The translations under genes and the position numbers were made by a program. Below are positions 28,601 through 37,610 of a DNA stretch of 37,610 bases, one piece after another (the first letter of the stretch is position 1; each line of letters starts with the position of its first letter). The notes beneath the pieces were generated by a model. That model was given only the letters and a program-made list of their open reading frames with translations. It searched no databases and was not told the DNA's origin. This stretch comes from Elainellaceae cyanobacterium. Lineage in GTDB: Bacteria > Cyanobacteriota > Cyanobacteriia > CAZCXK01. Where the stretch lies: assembly GCA_051117555.1 (NCBI GenBank), contig JBNPEG010000233.1, positions 1-37,610 on the forward strand, written 5' to 3'.

Positions 28601-28974
28601 GGGGGCGGATATTTTGCGAGCCATTGCGAAATCTGAATGATGGGGTTGGGATTATGGATATCTAGATTCAAGCTGACGAGACGCGGATAGCGGACTGACT
28701 GCCGAGTCTCTGATGAGGGATGTGACGACCGGGATGCCTCTGAGAGGTCGAGCTGAAGCTGACGAACAAGGCGATCGCGCAGGATCAAATTATCGCAGAC
28801 AGCAACAAAAATCTGACGGCGAAGATTTAAGCCCAGTGAGGCTTTGAGGCGAAAATAGGTTTCCTGATTCTGTCCCAAAGTTTTGCGAGGATCGGTATTG
28901 ATCACGGCGACGCTGCCAGAAGAAAACGGATTAGTCAAGTCAGGAGTTGCTTGAGTCGCAACAGAATCAACCAT
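25615..28974 (-). CDS. Large tetratricopeptide-repeat protein with N-terminal alpha/beta domain and long acidic linker
   Basis: C-terminal ~45-aa repeats (YPMIQNNVGAAYGDLA, YASTQNNLGTTYWNLA, YAMIQNNLGTAYWNLA, FAATQNNLGTAYWHLA) and a central D/E/P/S-rich region. Confidence 0.85.
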   Translation of the reverse strand: MVDSVATQATPDLTNPFSSGSVAVINTDPRKTLGQNQETYFRLKASLGLNLRRQIFVAVCDNLILRDRLVRQLQLDLSEASRSSHPSSETRQSVRYPRLVSLNLDIHNPNPIIQISQWLAKYPPPQRGNLRLPMPAFQILGIEQLSRQPASTQWLFLTYLQSIERSLPALESSILFWLPRPWVRIIPQSAPEFWHCRTAIFDFLGEPTPLISREKRSLAASSAPPATVYTSQPFSRHREHHRQDAPLPSHPPLESRLESPSSQASPNPPSPRAENASFRRSLQHDDASLDESRQFELDHAHPLPDVPSQPQEQPLDEALESYDRDIIPDVSEETAPPDATDILNQDLIPQDEPDGGDTVSPHTDETASDALFEELLLQVDQTLAERLPLPNSLPLDTPDLPSTEPEADADAPMMPVESQRPDDQPSVSSELTEPRDDYSDESALEPEYLQPEDELPPHGSLLSADDIEADLTALAEADSADVTDTPNEHLSEAEFNPTELDLTEFDQALTDSNSRLDDVFEDAESANADASQAKETGDDTEIDIVNMKSPDIPGIRHSDARVNDTHGDAVENEAFNREDVRDLAGELDVELDALTVEHLKLDSLAGARDEVQPFSPDDTDVTHALGDRASVHPSTSDRAADTPDADAQQSLQEQPQELDIVDADPNFLDFTLTGSADKTAQQTHTVSQAIDAEIAEKLRQDAPSDPQTQSFLNQIENLHRQQAPAMVLAHAYRSLGNLYRDRIEQGDASNQTLMGAMNAYEQVLRWLDEGSPMWAEVLNDMGNLCWLLSRSALSPEQGLPYLQQGIQFYQVALTKISPQTHPQTYPMIQNNVGAAYGDLARYQEPAENLQRSIQAYQEALRYRKAEDDPMRYASTQNNLGTTYWNLAQHNHPKEHLKQAITAYAEALRYYRPEQEPLNYAMIQNNLGTAYWNLAQFEQPQDWLALALGAYRMALKYRTLDTVPSAFAATQNNLGTAYWHLASHTDDNPTTKRDYLERAIAAYDQALFAVNKIIESSVPTPLNFDVLATYNNLGLVHYELATDAQITLSKEGWSDHLQAALASHVAALQGWQQKPELRQTAIQCIVQAVRAFFTKGGVTGQNLALSKLPGSLLPEILPKL

Positions 28975-29321
28975 TTCAGAGTGACACTAAATCAATAATG
29001 GGGCGAGCTTGAACCTTATTCACGGCAAGACCTGTCGTGTCTCAAAGAAAAAGCTCCAGATTTTGAGTTGGACGGGTTTGATTGATTTCAAGGACGAGTC
29101 TATAGCCCCGTTAGGTGTTTGGGCATGACAACCTCTCATGAGATGCCCCCTTTAATCTATTGTTCCAGTGTTCCAGAGCATTCAAACGACAGGTGTGGGA
29201 GCAAAACGGGAATCAACTCCATCGAGCTCCTGTTATGTTTCTTCAGTCATTTTTGTTCAAAGTCAGGATGAATTCGGTGTGACCTTGCCTGCCCCTTAGA
29301 GCACTGCGATCGCCACCTCAC

Positions 29322-29357
29322 AAAAAAGAACAAGCACCCCACCATCAGGGATGCTTG
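29322..29357 (-). terminator. Probable intrinsic terminator of psb34
   Basis: Minus-strand stem CAAGCATCCC/GGGGTGCTTG followed by TTCTTTTTT. Confidence 0.6.
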
Positions 29358-29453
29358 CCGAACAACATATTTGGATGGTGTTCATGCAAGGTCAAATGTC
29401 CTTACACAATCGAATCGGGCATCAGACCCACCTCAAACCATCAATACCAGCGA

Positions 29454-29624
29454 CTACGACACTGAAACCGCAACAAAGATTAAGCCGGATAATAAGATAA
29501 CTCCGCTAATCCCGATAAGTACATAATTGCGCTTCTGTGCGCTGGATGGAGGCTCAGCTTTGTACATCTTTGGTTCAACAGCAAAATTATTGAGGCGACC
29601 CCCGTCTTCGGTTGTGTATGGCAT
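29454..29624 (-). CDS. psb34: Photosystem II assembly factor Psb34 (Ssl1498 family), 56 aa; absent from the ORF track
   Basis: Hand translation MPYTTEDGGRLNNFAVEPKMYKAEPPSSAQKRNYVLIGISGVILLSGLIFVAVSVS*. It has the HliP-like LNNFAxEPKMY motif, one TM helix and an AAAGGA RBS upstream. Confidence 0.9.
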   Translation of the reverse strand: MPYTTEDGGRLNNFAVEPKMYKAEPPSSAQKRNYVLIGISGVILLSGLIFVAVSVS

Positions 29625-29660
29625 AGTCAAAAATTCCTTTCGTTCTAAATCTTCACAATT

Positions 29661-29678
29661 GTAACAAAAATTAACAAA
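29661..29678. promoter_or_regulatory. Possible HLR1 (RpaB)-like direct repeat upstream of psb34
   Basis: GTAACAAA-AA-TTAACAAA with 10-bp period, similar to (G/T)TTACA(T/A)(T/A)-N2 repeats; one mismatch per half-site. Confidence 0.35.
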
Positions 29679-29787
29679 AAATCACAGGTTAATTGAATTT
29701 AACATCGTTCCGGATCGAGTGTAAATACTATTCACTCTCTCCTAGGGGCGATTGTTAGTCTATCGTCTGGAGGATTGCTGATCGGAG

Positions 29788-31824
29788 TTAGGTAATTAAT
29801 CCGGTTAGGGGAGAACTCGCACTAGCATAGGCTTTCAGGGGAATTCGCCCGGCCAAAAATGCCATTCGCCCGGCTTCTGTTGCCAGCCCCATCGCACGCC
29901 CCATCTGAATCGGATTTTTAGCTTGGGCGATCGCGGTATTAATCAGCAGGGCATCAGCTCCTAATTCCATTGAATATGCCGCTTCACTAGGAGCGCCAAT
30001 GCCAGCATCTACCACCACGGGCACACTAGCGTTCTCGATAATGATTTGAATATTGGCAGCATTCCGAATCCCTTGTCCCGAACCAATCGGCGAACCGAGC
30101 GGCATGACTGTCGCACATCCCGCATCTTCAAGGCGCTTTGCCAACATTGGATCCGCATTAATATAAGGCAATACCGCAAATCCCTCTTTGATCAATTGCT
30201 CCGCAGCTTCTAGGGTTCCAATTGGGTCAGGCAATAGATATTTAACATCAGGAATCACTTCCAGCTTGACAAAGTTGTTATCTTCTTGACCCAGCAGTTT
30301 CGCCATTTCACGCCCCAGCCGAGCTACTCGAATGGCTTCGTCTGCTGTTTTGCATCCAGCCGTATTCGGCAACATCCAGAGCTTTTGCCAGTCCAGCGCA
30401 TCGGCCAATCCTTCATGACCAGGAGCATTAGTTTGAACGCGCCGAACTGCCACCGTCACAATCTGGCTGCCGCTTGCCTCGATGCTCTGCCTCATCTGCT
30501 CAAACGTGCGGTATTTACCTGTTCCAGTCATGAGACGGGATTGAAACACGCGCCCCGCAATGGTGAGAGGCTGGTCTAGGGTTGGCTGAGCAATAGGGTC
30601 GAGTGTTTGCATAGTTGATTCTGAATGGGGTGATGCTGGAGATAAGACCTCGATACTTGAATTAGAAGACGACGGAGGCAGACTGTCAGACGCCTGATGG
30701 GCTAGTAAACCAGGCTGAGCGTAAAATCGATCCCACTGAAATGCCTGAAGCAGCGGACTCGTTTGGTTAGTAAAGACCCAGTCGGCAATCAGCCGGGCGG
30801 TTGCAGGTGCAAGTAAAATGCCGTTGCGATGATGTCCAATTGCTAAGGTCAGATTTTCGCACTGACTAGGACCCAGGATGGGTAGATCATCAGGAGTAGA
30901 CGGACGAAACCCCCACCAGCACTCTTGAATCGGGAACTCTTGCAACCGTGGGAATAGATGAATAGCCCGACTTAGGAGGGTTTGAAGCCCCAATGGTGTA
31001 TTGTTGGGCGCAAAACCGACAGATTCGACGGTTGCTCCAATCAAAATGGTTCCATCCTGACGCGGAACAATATAAATCTCGGAACCAAACAGAACTCGGC
31101 GCAGGGGTAAGGGGTTTGATAGCTGAGTAGGAACTCGCACTGACAGCATTTGCCCCTTCTGGGGTTGAACCGGAACCGGTAATAATTCTTGAGCCCATGC
31201 CCCCGTCGCTACGACGTAATGATCGGCTGTCCAATCGCCCTGGCTCGTCTTGACTGATACAACTCGCCCCTGATGCTGTTGAATAAACTCAACATTAATC
31301 CCAGCCTGGAGGTTCACCCCGAGCCCTTGAGCTGCCGACCGTAAGGACTGCGCCAAGGCTCGATTATTAACCTGAGCATCTTCGGGAAACCACCAGCCGC
31401 CTAAAACTTCATCTCCTAAACCGGGTTGAGCTTGATGAATAGCAGTTTGGTCAAGCCACTGAGCAGCGGATGATAGGGAACGAGTCTTTTGAAATGTAGA
31501 CGTGGGCACTTCGTACACTGGAGCCAAAATGCCGCATGCCCAATATCCTGCTGAAATGCCGCTGACTTCTTCTAATTTTCTGACCCATTCTGGATAGAGA
31601 CTCCGGCTCTCTAAACAAAAGTCAAGCATGGGGCTAGCGGGAATTCCTTCTGCTTGAGGCGCCAGCATGCCTGCTGCAGCTTGAGTCGCTGCCTGCTGAA
31701 TATCACGACTCAGCACGGTGACTGTTGCACCGCGTAGCCTCAACTCGGTGGCGATCGCCAATCCAACGATGCCGCCCCCAATCACTAAAATGTCAGATGT
31801 TGTCTTCATAGACGTTGTCTTCAT
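29788..31824 (-). CDS. thiO-thiG: Fused glycine oxidase ThiO / thiazole synthase ThiG
   Basis: N-half [28 protein letters not shown]-half [46 protein letters not shown]. Start is ATG 31824 or 31809. Confidence 0.93.
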   Translation of the reverse strand: MKTTSMKTTSDILVIGGGIVGLAIATELRLRGATVTVLSRDIQQAATQAAAGMLAPQAEGIPASPMLDFCLESRSLYPEWVRKLEEVSGISAGYWACGILAPVYEVPTSTFQKTRSLSSAAQWLDQTAIHQAQPGLGDEVLGGWWFPEDAQVNNRALAQSLRSAAQGLGVNLQAGINVEFIQQHQGRVVSVKTSQGDWTADHYVVATGAWAQELLPVPVQPQKGQMLSVRVPTQLSNPLPLRRVLFGSEIYIVPRQDGTILIGATVESVGFAPNNTPLGLQTLLSRAIHLFPRLQEFPIQECWWGFRPSTPDDLPILGPSQCENLTLAIGHHRNGILLAPATARLIADWVFTNQTSPLLQAFQWDRFYAQPGLLAHQASDSLPPSSSNSSIEVLSPASPHSESTMQTLDPIAQPTLDQPLTIAGRVFQSRLMTGTGKYRTFEQMRQSIEASGSQIVTVAVRRVQTNAPGHEGLADALDWQKLWMLPNTAGCKTADEAIRVARLGREMAKLLGQEDNNFVKLEVIPDVKYLLPDPIGTLEAAEQLIKEGFAVLPYINADPMLAKRLEDAGCATVMPLGSPIGSGQGIRNAANIQIIIENASVPVVVDAGIGAPSEAAYSMELGADALLINTAIAQAKNPIQMGRAMGLATEAGRMAFLAGRIPLKAYASASSPLTGLIT

Positions 31825-31885
31825 AGACACGTTATAGACCCGTTACAGATATCAGCAGCTTGCATCAGCCAATCAGCCCATCACT

Positions 31886-31941
31886 CCACTTACCACACCC
31901 TACTCACCACAACCCACTTACCACAACCCATTTACCACAAC
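31886..31941 (+). repeat. Short tandem repeat, 4 x 14 nt (CCACTTACCACAAC consensus), STRR-like
   Basis: ccacttaccacacc ctactcaccacaac ccacttaccacaac ccatttaccacaac. Confidence 0.75.
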
Positions 31942-32438
31942 GCATTGACAGGGTCTTGATCAGTTCCAGACCCATCAGTTTGCGATGGCGTTGTCCCATC
32001 TGTTGTCCCATCTGCAGAACCATTGGCTGGCGTGTCAGTCTGAGTCGTCTGAGAGCCATTTCCTGTCCGAGACGGTGTTCCAGTGGTTATTTCGCCGGTG
32101 GTTCCTTCTCCGTTGGTTGTGCCGGATGGGGAAGCTCCTTCTCCGTTGGTTGTGCCGGATGGGGAAGCTCCTTCTCCGTTGGTTGTACCGGATGGGGAAG
32201 ATTGGGAGTCAGTAGAAGACGGCGAAGACTGCTGATTGTCTGGGATTGATTGCGACGACGAGTCTCCTAACATAGGAAGGATATCAAGCTGACCCGTCAC
32301 TTCTGCCAGAGCAATGACCGCAATCGCCCCTAGGGTTGCAAAGCTGATAACCCGTACAACTCCTTTGAGGAGCGTGCCAATAATAACCGCCAGAATCAGT
32401 CCCGCGATTAAAACGCCAATCAGTTGATCTACACTCAC
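31932..32438 (-). CDS. Hypothetical membrane protein with Ser/Thr/Gly-rich tail
   Basis: Two N-terminal hydrophobic helices, a low-complexity tail ending DPVNALW, GTG start with GGAGGAG just upstream. Confidence 0.7.
   Translation of the reverse strand: MSVDQLIGVLIAGLILAVIIGTLLKGVVRVISFATLGAIAVIALAEVTGQLDILPMLGDSSSQSIPDNQQSSPSSTDSQSSPSGTTNGEGASPSGTTNGEGASPSGTTNGEGTTGEITTGTPSRTGNGSQTTQTDTPANGSADGTTDGTTPSQTDGSGTDQDPVNALW
32103..32200. repeat. In-frame 33-nt tandem repeat x3 (SPSGTTNGEGA)
   Basis: TCCTTCTCCGTTGGTTGTGCCGGATGGGGAAGC at 32103, 32136 and 32169, nearly identical. Confidence 0.9.
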
Positions 32439-32610
32439 GCCTCCTCCAACCCTATACGGGACTAAACGCTACCTCAATATATCGAAACTCGTCATATCGA
32501 AACCTGTCTCTATCATTCTGCTCCTCGCTGACGTTAGGCCATAATTTCCCTGGTTACGGTGTTCCCCTTCCACCCTAGCGAAAGTTGACCCAGATAGAAT
32601 AGTTGTCCCA

Positions 32611-32949
32611 TTAGCCTTCCGGAGTCCAAACTGGATGTGTGCCTTGTCCCCAAAATTCGTTAAATTTGGTGACACGAACGTCTCCGAGAATGGTGGTTTG
32701 ACAGGCGAGTCGCAAGTTGCGATCACGAGAATGGGGCGGAAGCGATCGCCTCGCACGGTCTCGCCAATTCGGGTCAGACACCTCGCCCTCAATCTGCACC
32801 GCACAGGTTCCACAGCTTCCAATGCCGTGGCAATTAATCAGCTTAGCCTGATTGTTATACAGATCAATTCCTTGCTCTAATAGAACTTGGCGCAAATTTG
32901 CTCCAATCTTGCATTCAAACATTTTCCCCTGAGCTGTTACGTTAGGCAT
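32611..32949 (-). CDS. 2Fe-2S ferredoxin-like protein
   Basis: NCHGIGSCGTC...RLACQ Cys pattern. Confidence 0.9.
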   Translation of the reverse strand: MPNVTAQGKMFECKIGANLRQVLLEQGIDLYNNQAKLINCHGIGSCGTCAVQIEGEVSDPNWRDRARRSLPPHSRDRNLRLACQTTILGDVRVTKFNEFWGQGTHPVWTPEG

Positions 32950-33001
32950 AATGGCGTTCTAATCAACGATTTTTGCACGAACTCAACCCATTAGGCGACT
33001 C

Positions 33002-34675
33002 ATGACTTCTGAGACATCGACTGCATCATTGAATCCACTATGGATTTATGACACCACGCTTCGGGACGGGGCTCAACGGGAGGGGATGTCCCTGTCAACT
33101 GAAGACAAGCTAAGAATTGCCCGTCAACTCGATCGGCTCGGCATTCCGTTTATCGAGGGGGGATGGCCGGGAGCCAATCCCAAAGACGTTCAGTTTTTTT
33201 GGCAACTTCAAGAAGAGCCTCTGACTCAAGCTGAAGTAGTGGCATTTTGCTCGACTCGACGCCCTGGTAGGACCGCAGTCGATGACTCCATGCTTCAATC
33301 CATTTTATCTGCTGGAACTCGCTGGATTACAACATTCGGTAAATCTTGGGATTTGCATGTTACCGAGGGGCTAAAGACGAGCTTGGACGAAAATTTGGCG
33401 ATGATTCAAGACACCATCGAATTTCTTCGTCGTCAAGAACGGCGCGTTATCTACGACGCAGAACACTGGTTTGATGGCTACAAGCACAATCCCGCCTATG
33501 CTCTAGAAACCTTGACGGTGGCGATCGCCGCTGGAGCAGACTGGATCGTGTTATGCGACACAAACGGGGGCACATTGCCTCACGAAGTTGCTCAAATTGT
33601 CCAAGACGTGGTCGCTGCAACCGGCATAGAAACGTCTCATTCTCCCCATCGCTCGATGCCACAACTCGGTATCCATACTCATAATGATTCGGGTACAGCC
33701 GTTGCCAATGCGCTAGTTGCCGTTATGGAAGGAGCCCGCATGGTACAAGGCACCATCAACGGCTATGGAGAACGATGCGGCAACGCCAACCTGTGTACGT
33801 TGATTCCAAATCTTCAGCTTAAGCTGAACTATCCCTGCGTCGATAACGAACAGCTTGCTCAACTGACCAATGCCAGTCGCTTCATCAGCGAGGTCGTCAA
33901 TCTAGCGCCTGACGATCATGCTCCCTTTGTGGGGTTGTCTGCATTTGCTCATAAGGGCGGCATCCATGTGAGCGCGGTTGAGCGCAATCCAGTCACGTAT
34001 GAACACATCCAGCCTAAACAAATCGGCAATTCTCGACGCATTGTGATTTCAGATCAGGCAGGGCTGAGTAACGTTTTAGCAAAGGCTCGAAGTTTTGGGA
34101 TTGACCTCAATAAGGAAGATCCAACCTGTCGTCAGATTCTCAAGCGACTCAAGGATTTAGAAAGCGAGGGGTATCAGTTTGAGGCAGCGGAAGCCAGTTT
34201 TGAATTGCTCATGCGCGAGGCATTGGGCAAACGAGATTCGTGGTTTACGCTAAAAGGCTTTCAGGTTCACTGCGAAGTCGCTCAAGGTCTAAACGCTTGG
34301 CATTCAGATTCGCTGGCCACCATTAAGGTCAATGTTAATCATCAAGACATTCTGGAAGTTGCGGAGGGAAATGGCCCAGTTTCAGCATTAGATGCGGCTC
34401 TGCGAAAAGCTTTGAAAAATTTCTATCCGGTGATTTCAGACTTTCATCTGCGAGACTACAAGGTTCGAATTTTAGATGGCACCGCCGGAACATCGGCTAA
34501 GACTCGCGTGCTTGTTGAGTCAAGCAACGGCATTCAACGATGGACAACGGTAGGGGTGTCTACCAATATCTTAGATGCCTCGTATCATGCGGTAGTCGAG
34601 GGTATTGAGTATGGGCTGATGTTGCAAAGTCAAGCAAAATTAGCGATCGGCTCATCGCATTCCACATCGAGTTAG
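33002..34675 (+). CDS. cimA: Citramalate synthase
   Basis: YDTTLRDGAQREG, IEGGWPGANPKD, YDAEHWFDG, HTHND, GYGERCGN, AFAHKGGIHVSAV and a LeuA-type regulatory domain. Confidence 0.92.
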   Translation: MTSETSTASLNPLWIYDTTLRDGAQREGMSLSTEDKLRIARQLDRLGIPFIEGGWPGANPKDVQFFWQLQEEPLTQAEVVAFCSTRRPGRTAVDDSMLQSILSAGTRWITTFGKSWDLHVTEGLKTSLDENLAMIQDTIEFLRRQERRVIYDAEHWFDGYKHNPAYALETLTVAIAAGADWIVLCDTNGGTLPHEVAQIVQDVVAATGIETSHSPHRSMPQLGIHTHNDSGTAVANALVAVMEGARMVQGTINGYGERCGNANLCTLIPNLQLKLNYPCVDNEQLAQLTNASRFISEVVNLAPDDHAPFVGLSAFAHKGGIHVSAVERNPVTYEHIQPKQIGNSRRIVISDQAGLSNVLAKARSFGIDLNKEDPTCRQILKRLKDLESEGYQFEAAEASFELLMREALGKRDSWFTLKGFQVHCEVAQGLNAWHSDSLATIKVNVNHQDILEVAEGNGPVSALDAALRKALKNFYPVISDFHLRDYKVRILDGTAGTSAKTRVLVESSNGIQRWTTVGVSTNILDASYHAVVEGIEYGLMLQSQAKLAIGSSHSTSS

Positions 34676-34680
34676 CGGAG

Positions 34681-35283
34681 CTAGCGCTTGGGTCGCTCGG
34701 ATCTAGATCGGCGCTGGCGGATGCGCTGCACCAGTGCTAGCCCCAGAAAATAAGCCCCGATAGCGCTGAGGATACCGACTGTGAAGCATCCTAAAAACAA
34801 GGTGCCAATAAATCCGGCTCCTAATGCCGCAAACTGTTGAAAGGCTTGCCACCCTGCGGCAGCAATTACGTTTTGAAAGTCTTGTTTGCCGGGCATCTGC
34901 ACTGAAATACCGACTCGCTCAAGCAGCCATTCTCCAATCCGAAAGTTGAAATAATAGATCGGGACATACGTGAACGGATTGCTGACCCATGTTCCGGCGG
35001 CTGCCATGATTTTGTTGCCGCGAAAAACGGCAGCTAGCGCGACGCCGATAATGGTTTGTAAGCCAAATAGGGGAAACCAACCGGCAAATACCCCCGATGC
35101 TAATCCTCTGGCGATCGCCTGTGAGGTGCCACGCATTCGAATAAAGCGAAAATAAATATAGCGGATGCGTCGCCGCCATTGCGGTTCAGATGGTTTCCGC
35201 CTTTTCCCAGTTGAAGACGAATGATGAGAAACCAACGAGGACTGGGAGTTACGCCGATCGGACGAGTCAGAAGATTGAGACAC
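34681..35283 (-). CDS. DUF2062 family membrane protein
   Basis: AIARGLASGVFAGWFPLFGLQT...WVSNPFTYVPIYYFNFRIG. Confidence 0.85.
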   Translation of the reverse strand: MSQSSDSSDRRNSQSSLVSHHSSSTGKRRKPSEPQWRRRIRYIYFRFIRMRGTSQAIARGLASGVFAGWFPLFGLQTIIGVALAAVFRGNKIMAAAGTWVSNPFTYVPIYYFNFRIGEWLLERVGISVQMPGKQDFQNVIAAAGWQAFQQFAALGAGFIGTLFLGCFTVGILSAIGAYFLGLALVQRIRQRRSRSERPKR

Positions 35284-35438
35284 AAATTTAAATCAGCATA
35301 ACGACAAACAGCATGGTCCCATGACTACGCTAGGCTCATGATATTACGTTGATCTTAAGAGAAAAATTAAGCTCTGATGAACTCCTAATAAAGCCATTTG
35401 CAAGCATTCTAGATTTCTCCGCAGTCTCTCCATTGGCT

Positions 35439-36821
35439 ATGACTCAATCCCTATCTCGAAGTACCATTGTGGCGATCGCCACTGCTGTTGTTCCGCAGCA
35501 GGGGAGTGTCGGCATTGTGCGGATGTCGGGCTCAGAGGCGGTAGATATTGCCCATCGACTCTTTCATGCGCCAGGTCAGCCTTGGGAAAGCCACCGCATT
35601 CTCTACGGCCACATTCGGCATCCCCAAACTCATCAGCTTATCGACGAAGCGCTGCTGCTGCTGATGCTGGCACCCCGGTCCTATACCCGCGAAGACGTGG
35701 TTGAATTTCACTGTCACGGTGGCATTATGGCGGTGCAGCAGGTGTTAAACCTCTGTCTTGAGCAGGGTGCTCGACTTGCAGAACCAGGAGAATTCACGCT
35801 GCGGGCATTTATGAATGGACGACTTGATCTGACTCAGGCAGAAAGTATCGCAGATTTGGTTGGCGCGCGATCGCCCCAGGCTGCCCAAACTGCACTCGCG
35901 GGCATTCAAGGAAAACTCGCTCACCCCATTCGCCACCTCCGGGCAATGTGTTTAGATATCCTTGCTGAGGTTGAAGCACGGATTGATTTTGAGGATGACT
36001 TGCCCCCCTTAGATACCTCGTGGGTGATCGAGCAGCTTCAGCAGGTGCGTTCTCAAATTGAGCATTTTCTCGACACCGCCGATCAGGGTGAACTGCTGAG
36101 AGTGGGGCTGAAGGTCGCCATTGTGGGTCGCCCCAATGTGGGCAAATCAAGCCTTTTGAATGCGTGGAGCAAGAGCGATCGCGCGATTGTCACCGAACTG
36201 CCGGGGACAACCCGCGATGTCGTCGAGTCTCACCTCGTAGTAGGCGGAATTCCAATACAAGTATTAGACACAGCAGGCATTCGAGAGGCGACTGACCAAG
36301 TTGAGAAAATTGGCGTCGAGCGATCGCGCCAGGCGGCTCAAGCGGCTGATTTAGTGTTGCTTGCAGTAGATGCCCAAGCCGGATGGACATCAGACGATCA
36401 CGCCATTTATACCCAGGTGAACCACCGTCCTACGATCCTCATTCTCAACAAAGTTGATTTACTCGTGGGCAACCCGTTTCCAGACATTCCCACTGCTGCT
36501 CATCATCGAGTCGTCAAAACAGCCGCCGCCTACCATCAAGGACTCGATGCTCTCGAACGAGCCATCCTAGAAACCGTCAATGCAGGCGATCTGCACGCCA
36601 GCAACCTAGAGATTGCCATCAACCAGCGACAAGCGGCTGTCCTCACTCGCGCGCATGCGGCTCTCGCTCACGTTCAAGAGACGATCGACCATCAGCTTCC
36701 CCTAGATTTTTGGACGATTGATCTAAGAAGCGCGATTCAGGCGCTGGGAGAAATCACGGGCGAAGAGGTGACCGAATCGATGCTCGATCGCATTTTTAGC
36801 CGATTTTGTATTGGGAAATAA
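35439..36821 (+). CDS. mnmE: tRNA modification GTPase MnmE (TrmE)
   Basis: [42 protein letters not shown] and terminal FSRFCIGK. Start placed at ATG 35439. Confidence 0.97.
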   Translation: MTQSLSRSTIVAIATAVVPQQGSVGIVRMSGSEAVDIAHRLFHAPGQPWESHRILYGHIRHPQTHQLIDEALLLLMLAPRSYTREDVVEFHCHGGIMAVQQVLNLCLEQGARLAEPGEFTLRAFMNGRLDLTQAESIADLVGARSPQAAQTALAGIQGKLAHPIRHLRAMCLDILAEVEARIDFEDDLPPLDTSWVIEQLQQVRSQIEHFLDTADQGELLRVGLKVAIVGRPNVGKSSLLNAWSKSDRAIVTELPGTTRDVVESHLVVGGIPIQVLDTAGIREATDQVEKIGVERSRQAAQAADLVLLAVDAQAGWTSDDHAIYTQVNHRPTILILNKVDLLVGNPFPDIPTAAHHRVVKTAAAYHQGLDALERAILETVNAGDLHASNLEIAINQRQAAVLTRAHAALAHVQETIDHQLPLDFWTIDLRSAIQALGEITGEEVTESMLDRIFSRFCIGK

Positions 36822-36971
36822 CCTAGATCGCGGTAGACACATTTGTTATATGAAACAGGCTTTTCTTGAAGAGCAAAAATTTCAAGCAACTTCGAATACG
36901 CTCTATGTGATTTGTCTGTAGAATTTTTTAGAGCGTGCTAACTTTTACACAAGTAATTTAAGAGGGTTTAC

Positions 36972-37489
36972 ATGCAGTGGCAACCTATCCAAGATTTACC
37001 AAATAATTGGCAAGACTTAGCAAATACTGAATTGCCACCTTTGGTCACTGTATGGAATGAACAGGCTGAACGGCTTCGTGAATCTGGCGAATTCAAGAAT
37101 TTCATGGAAAAGTTGCGCCGAGAAATAGCTATCGAAACAGGTATTATTGAGCGCCTATACACGTTGGACCGCGGAATTACTCGTTTGCTAATAGAACAAG
37201 GAATCAATGAATCGTTAATTCCGCATGGAGCAACAGATCGTCCAGTAGGCCAAGTTGTAGCCTTAATTCAGGATCAGGAAGCTGCGATCGAGGGGCTATT
37301 TGATTTTGTTGGCGGGAAGCGAACTTTATCGACGTTTTATATCAAGCAATTACATCAACTACTAACTCAGAACCAAAAAAGCACTGAGGCTCTCATTCCG
37401 TCTACCGGAGAAATTGTTAGTATTCCGCTCATTAGTGGCGATTGGAAACAGCAGTCCAATAATCCCATGAGGCGAGATGGTTATGTCTA
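36972..37489 (+). pseudogene. Fic-family protein, N-terminal part, interrupted by an IS
   Basis: REIAIETGIIERLY, IKQLHQLLT and GDWKQQSNNP match the Fic N-terminal layout. The frame runs into the IS end at 37490 before any HPFxDGNGR motif. Confidence 0.75.
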
Positions 37490-37610
37490 CTCATATCTTG
37501 CACCTGGTAATTTGAACTTCAATTCCCTGCTGTTGCAACAAGGAACGTTTTCGTTCGATATCGGCTAACAACAGTGTCACTAAAACATCTGCCAAAGCGG
37601 CTTCTAGCAC
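37490..37610 (-). mobile_element. Insertion-sequence end (partial, contig edge), same element as 1-120
   Basis: CTCATATCTTGCACCTGG... is the exact reverse complement of the window start. Confidence 0.8.

Noticed and set aside
28975..29320. Possible small ORF or ncRNA between the TPR gene and psb34
   Set aside because: Only a ~48-codon + strand ORF without RBS or recognisable motif; no RNA family recognised.
31830..31931. TPP riboswitch upstream of thiO-thiG
   Set aside because: No CTGAGA-type TPP core is visible; the region is short tandem repeats.
32103..32200. CRISPR-like 33-nt repeats
   Set aside because: The units are contiguous without spacers, in frame within a CDS, and no cas genes are present.
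1..37610. Linear plasmid/phage with terminal inverted repeats, or a composite transposon
   Set aside because: The content is core chromosomal (pyk, cimA, mnmE, thiG) with no replication or phage genes. The repeat cuts into a gene and runs off both edges, as expected for IS-caused contig breaks.

Overview
Cyanobacterial chromosomal contig: the HIP1 octamer GCGATCGC is frequent, and psb34, a COP23-domain gene, a thiO-thiG fusion and the long pyruvate kinase form are present. Both ends carry the same ~120-bp insertion-sequence terminus in inverted orientation, and the right copy truncates a Fic-family gene just downstream of mnmE. The left ~4 kb is a decaying accessory patch: zwf without opcA, a REP/MITE cluster, a truncated FAD oxidoreductase, and a shattered MFP+RND efflux operon whose large deletion joins exactly at a HIP1 site. 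Next come a histidine phosphatase, a sugar ABC ATPase/sensor kinase/permease cluster, a threonine-synthase-like PLP enzyme plus a ubiquitin-like sulfur carrier behind an IscR/Rrf2-type palindrome (candidate sulfur-carrier-dependent homocysteine/cysteine synthesis), and a 3335-aa RTX beta-roll protein. The right half holds pyk, a COP23 protein, a large TPR protein, a 56-aa psb34 missed by the ORF track, thiO-thiG, a membrane protein, a 2Fe-2S protein, cimA, DUF2062 and mnmE. Several ~90-bp TATAGC...GCTATA miniature elements lie in intergenic regions. No rRNA, tRNA or CRISPR array was seen. All calls are by eye; no searches were run.
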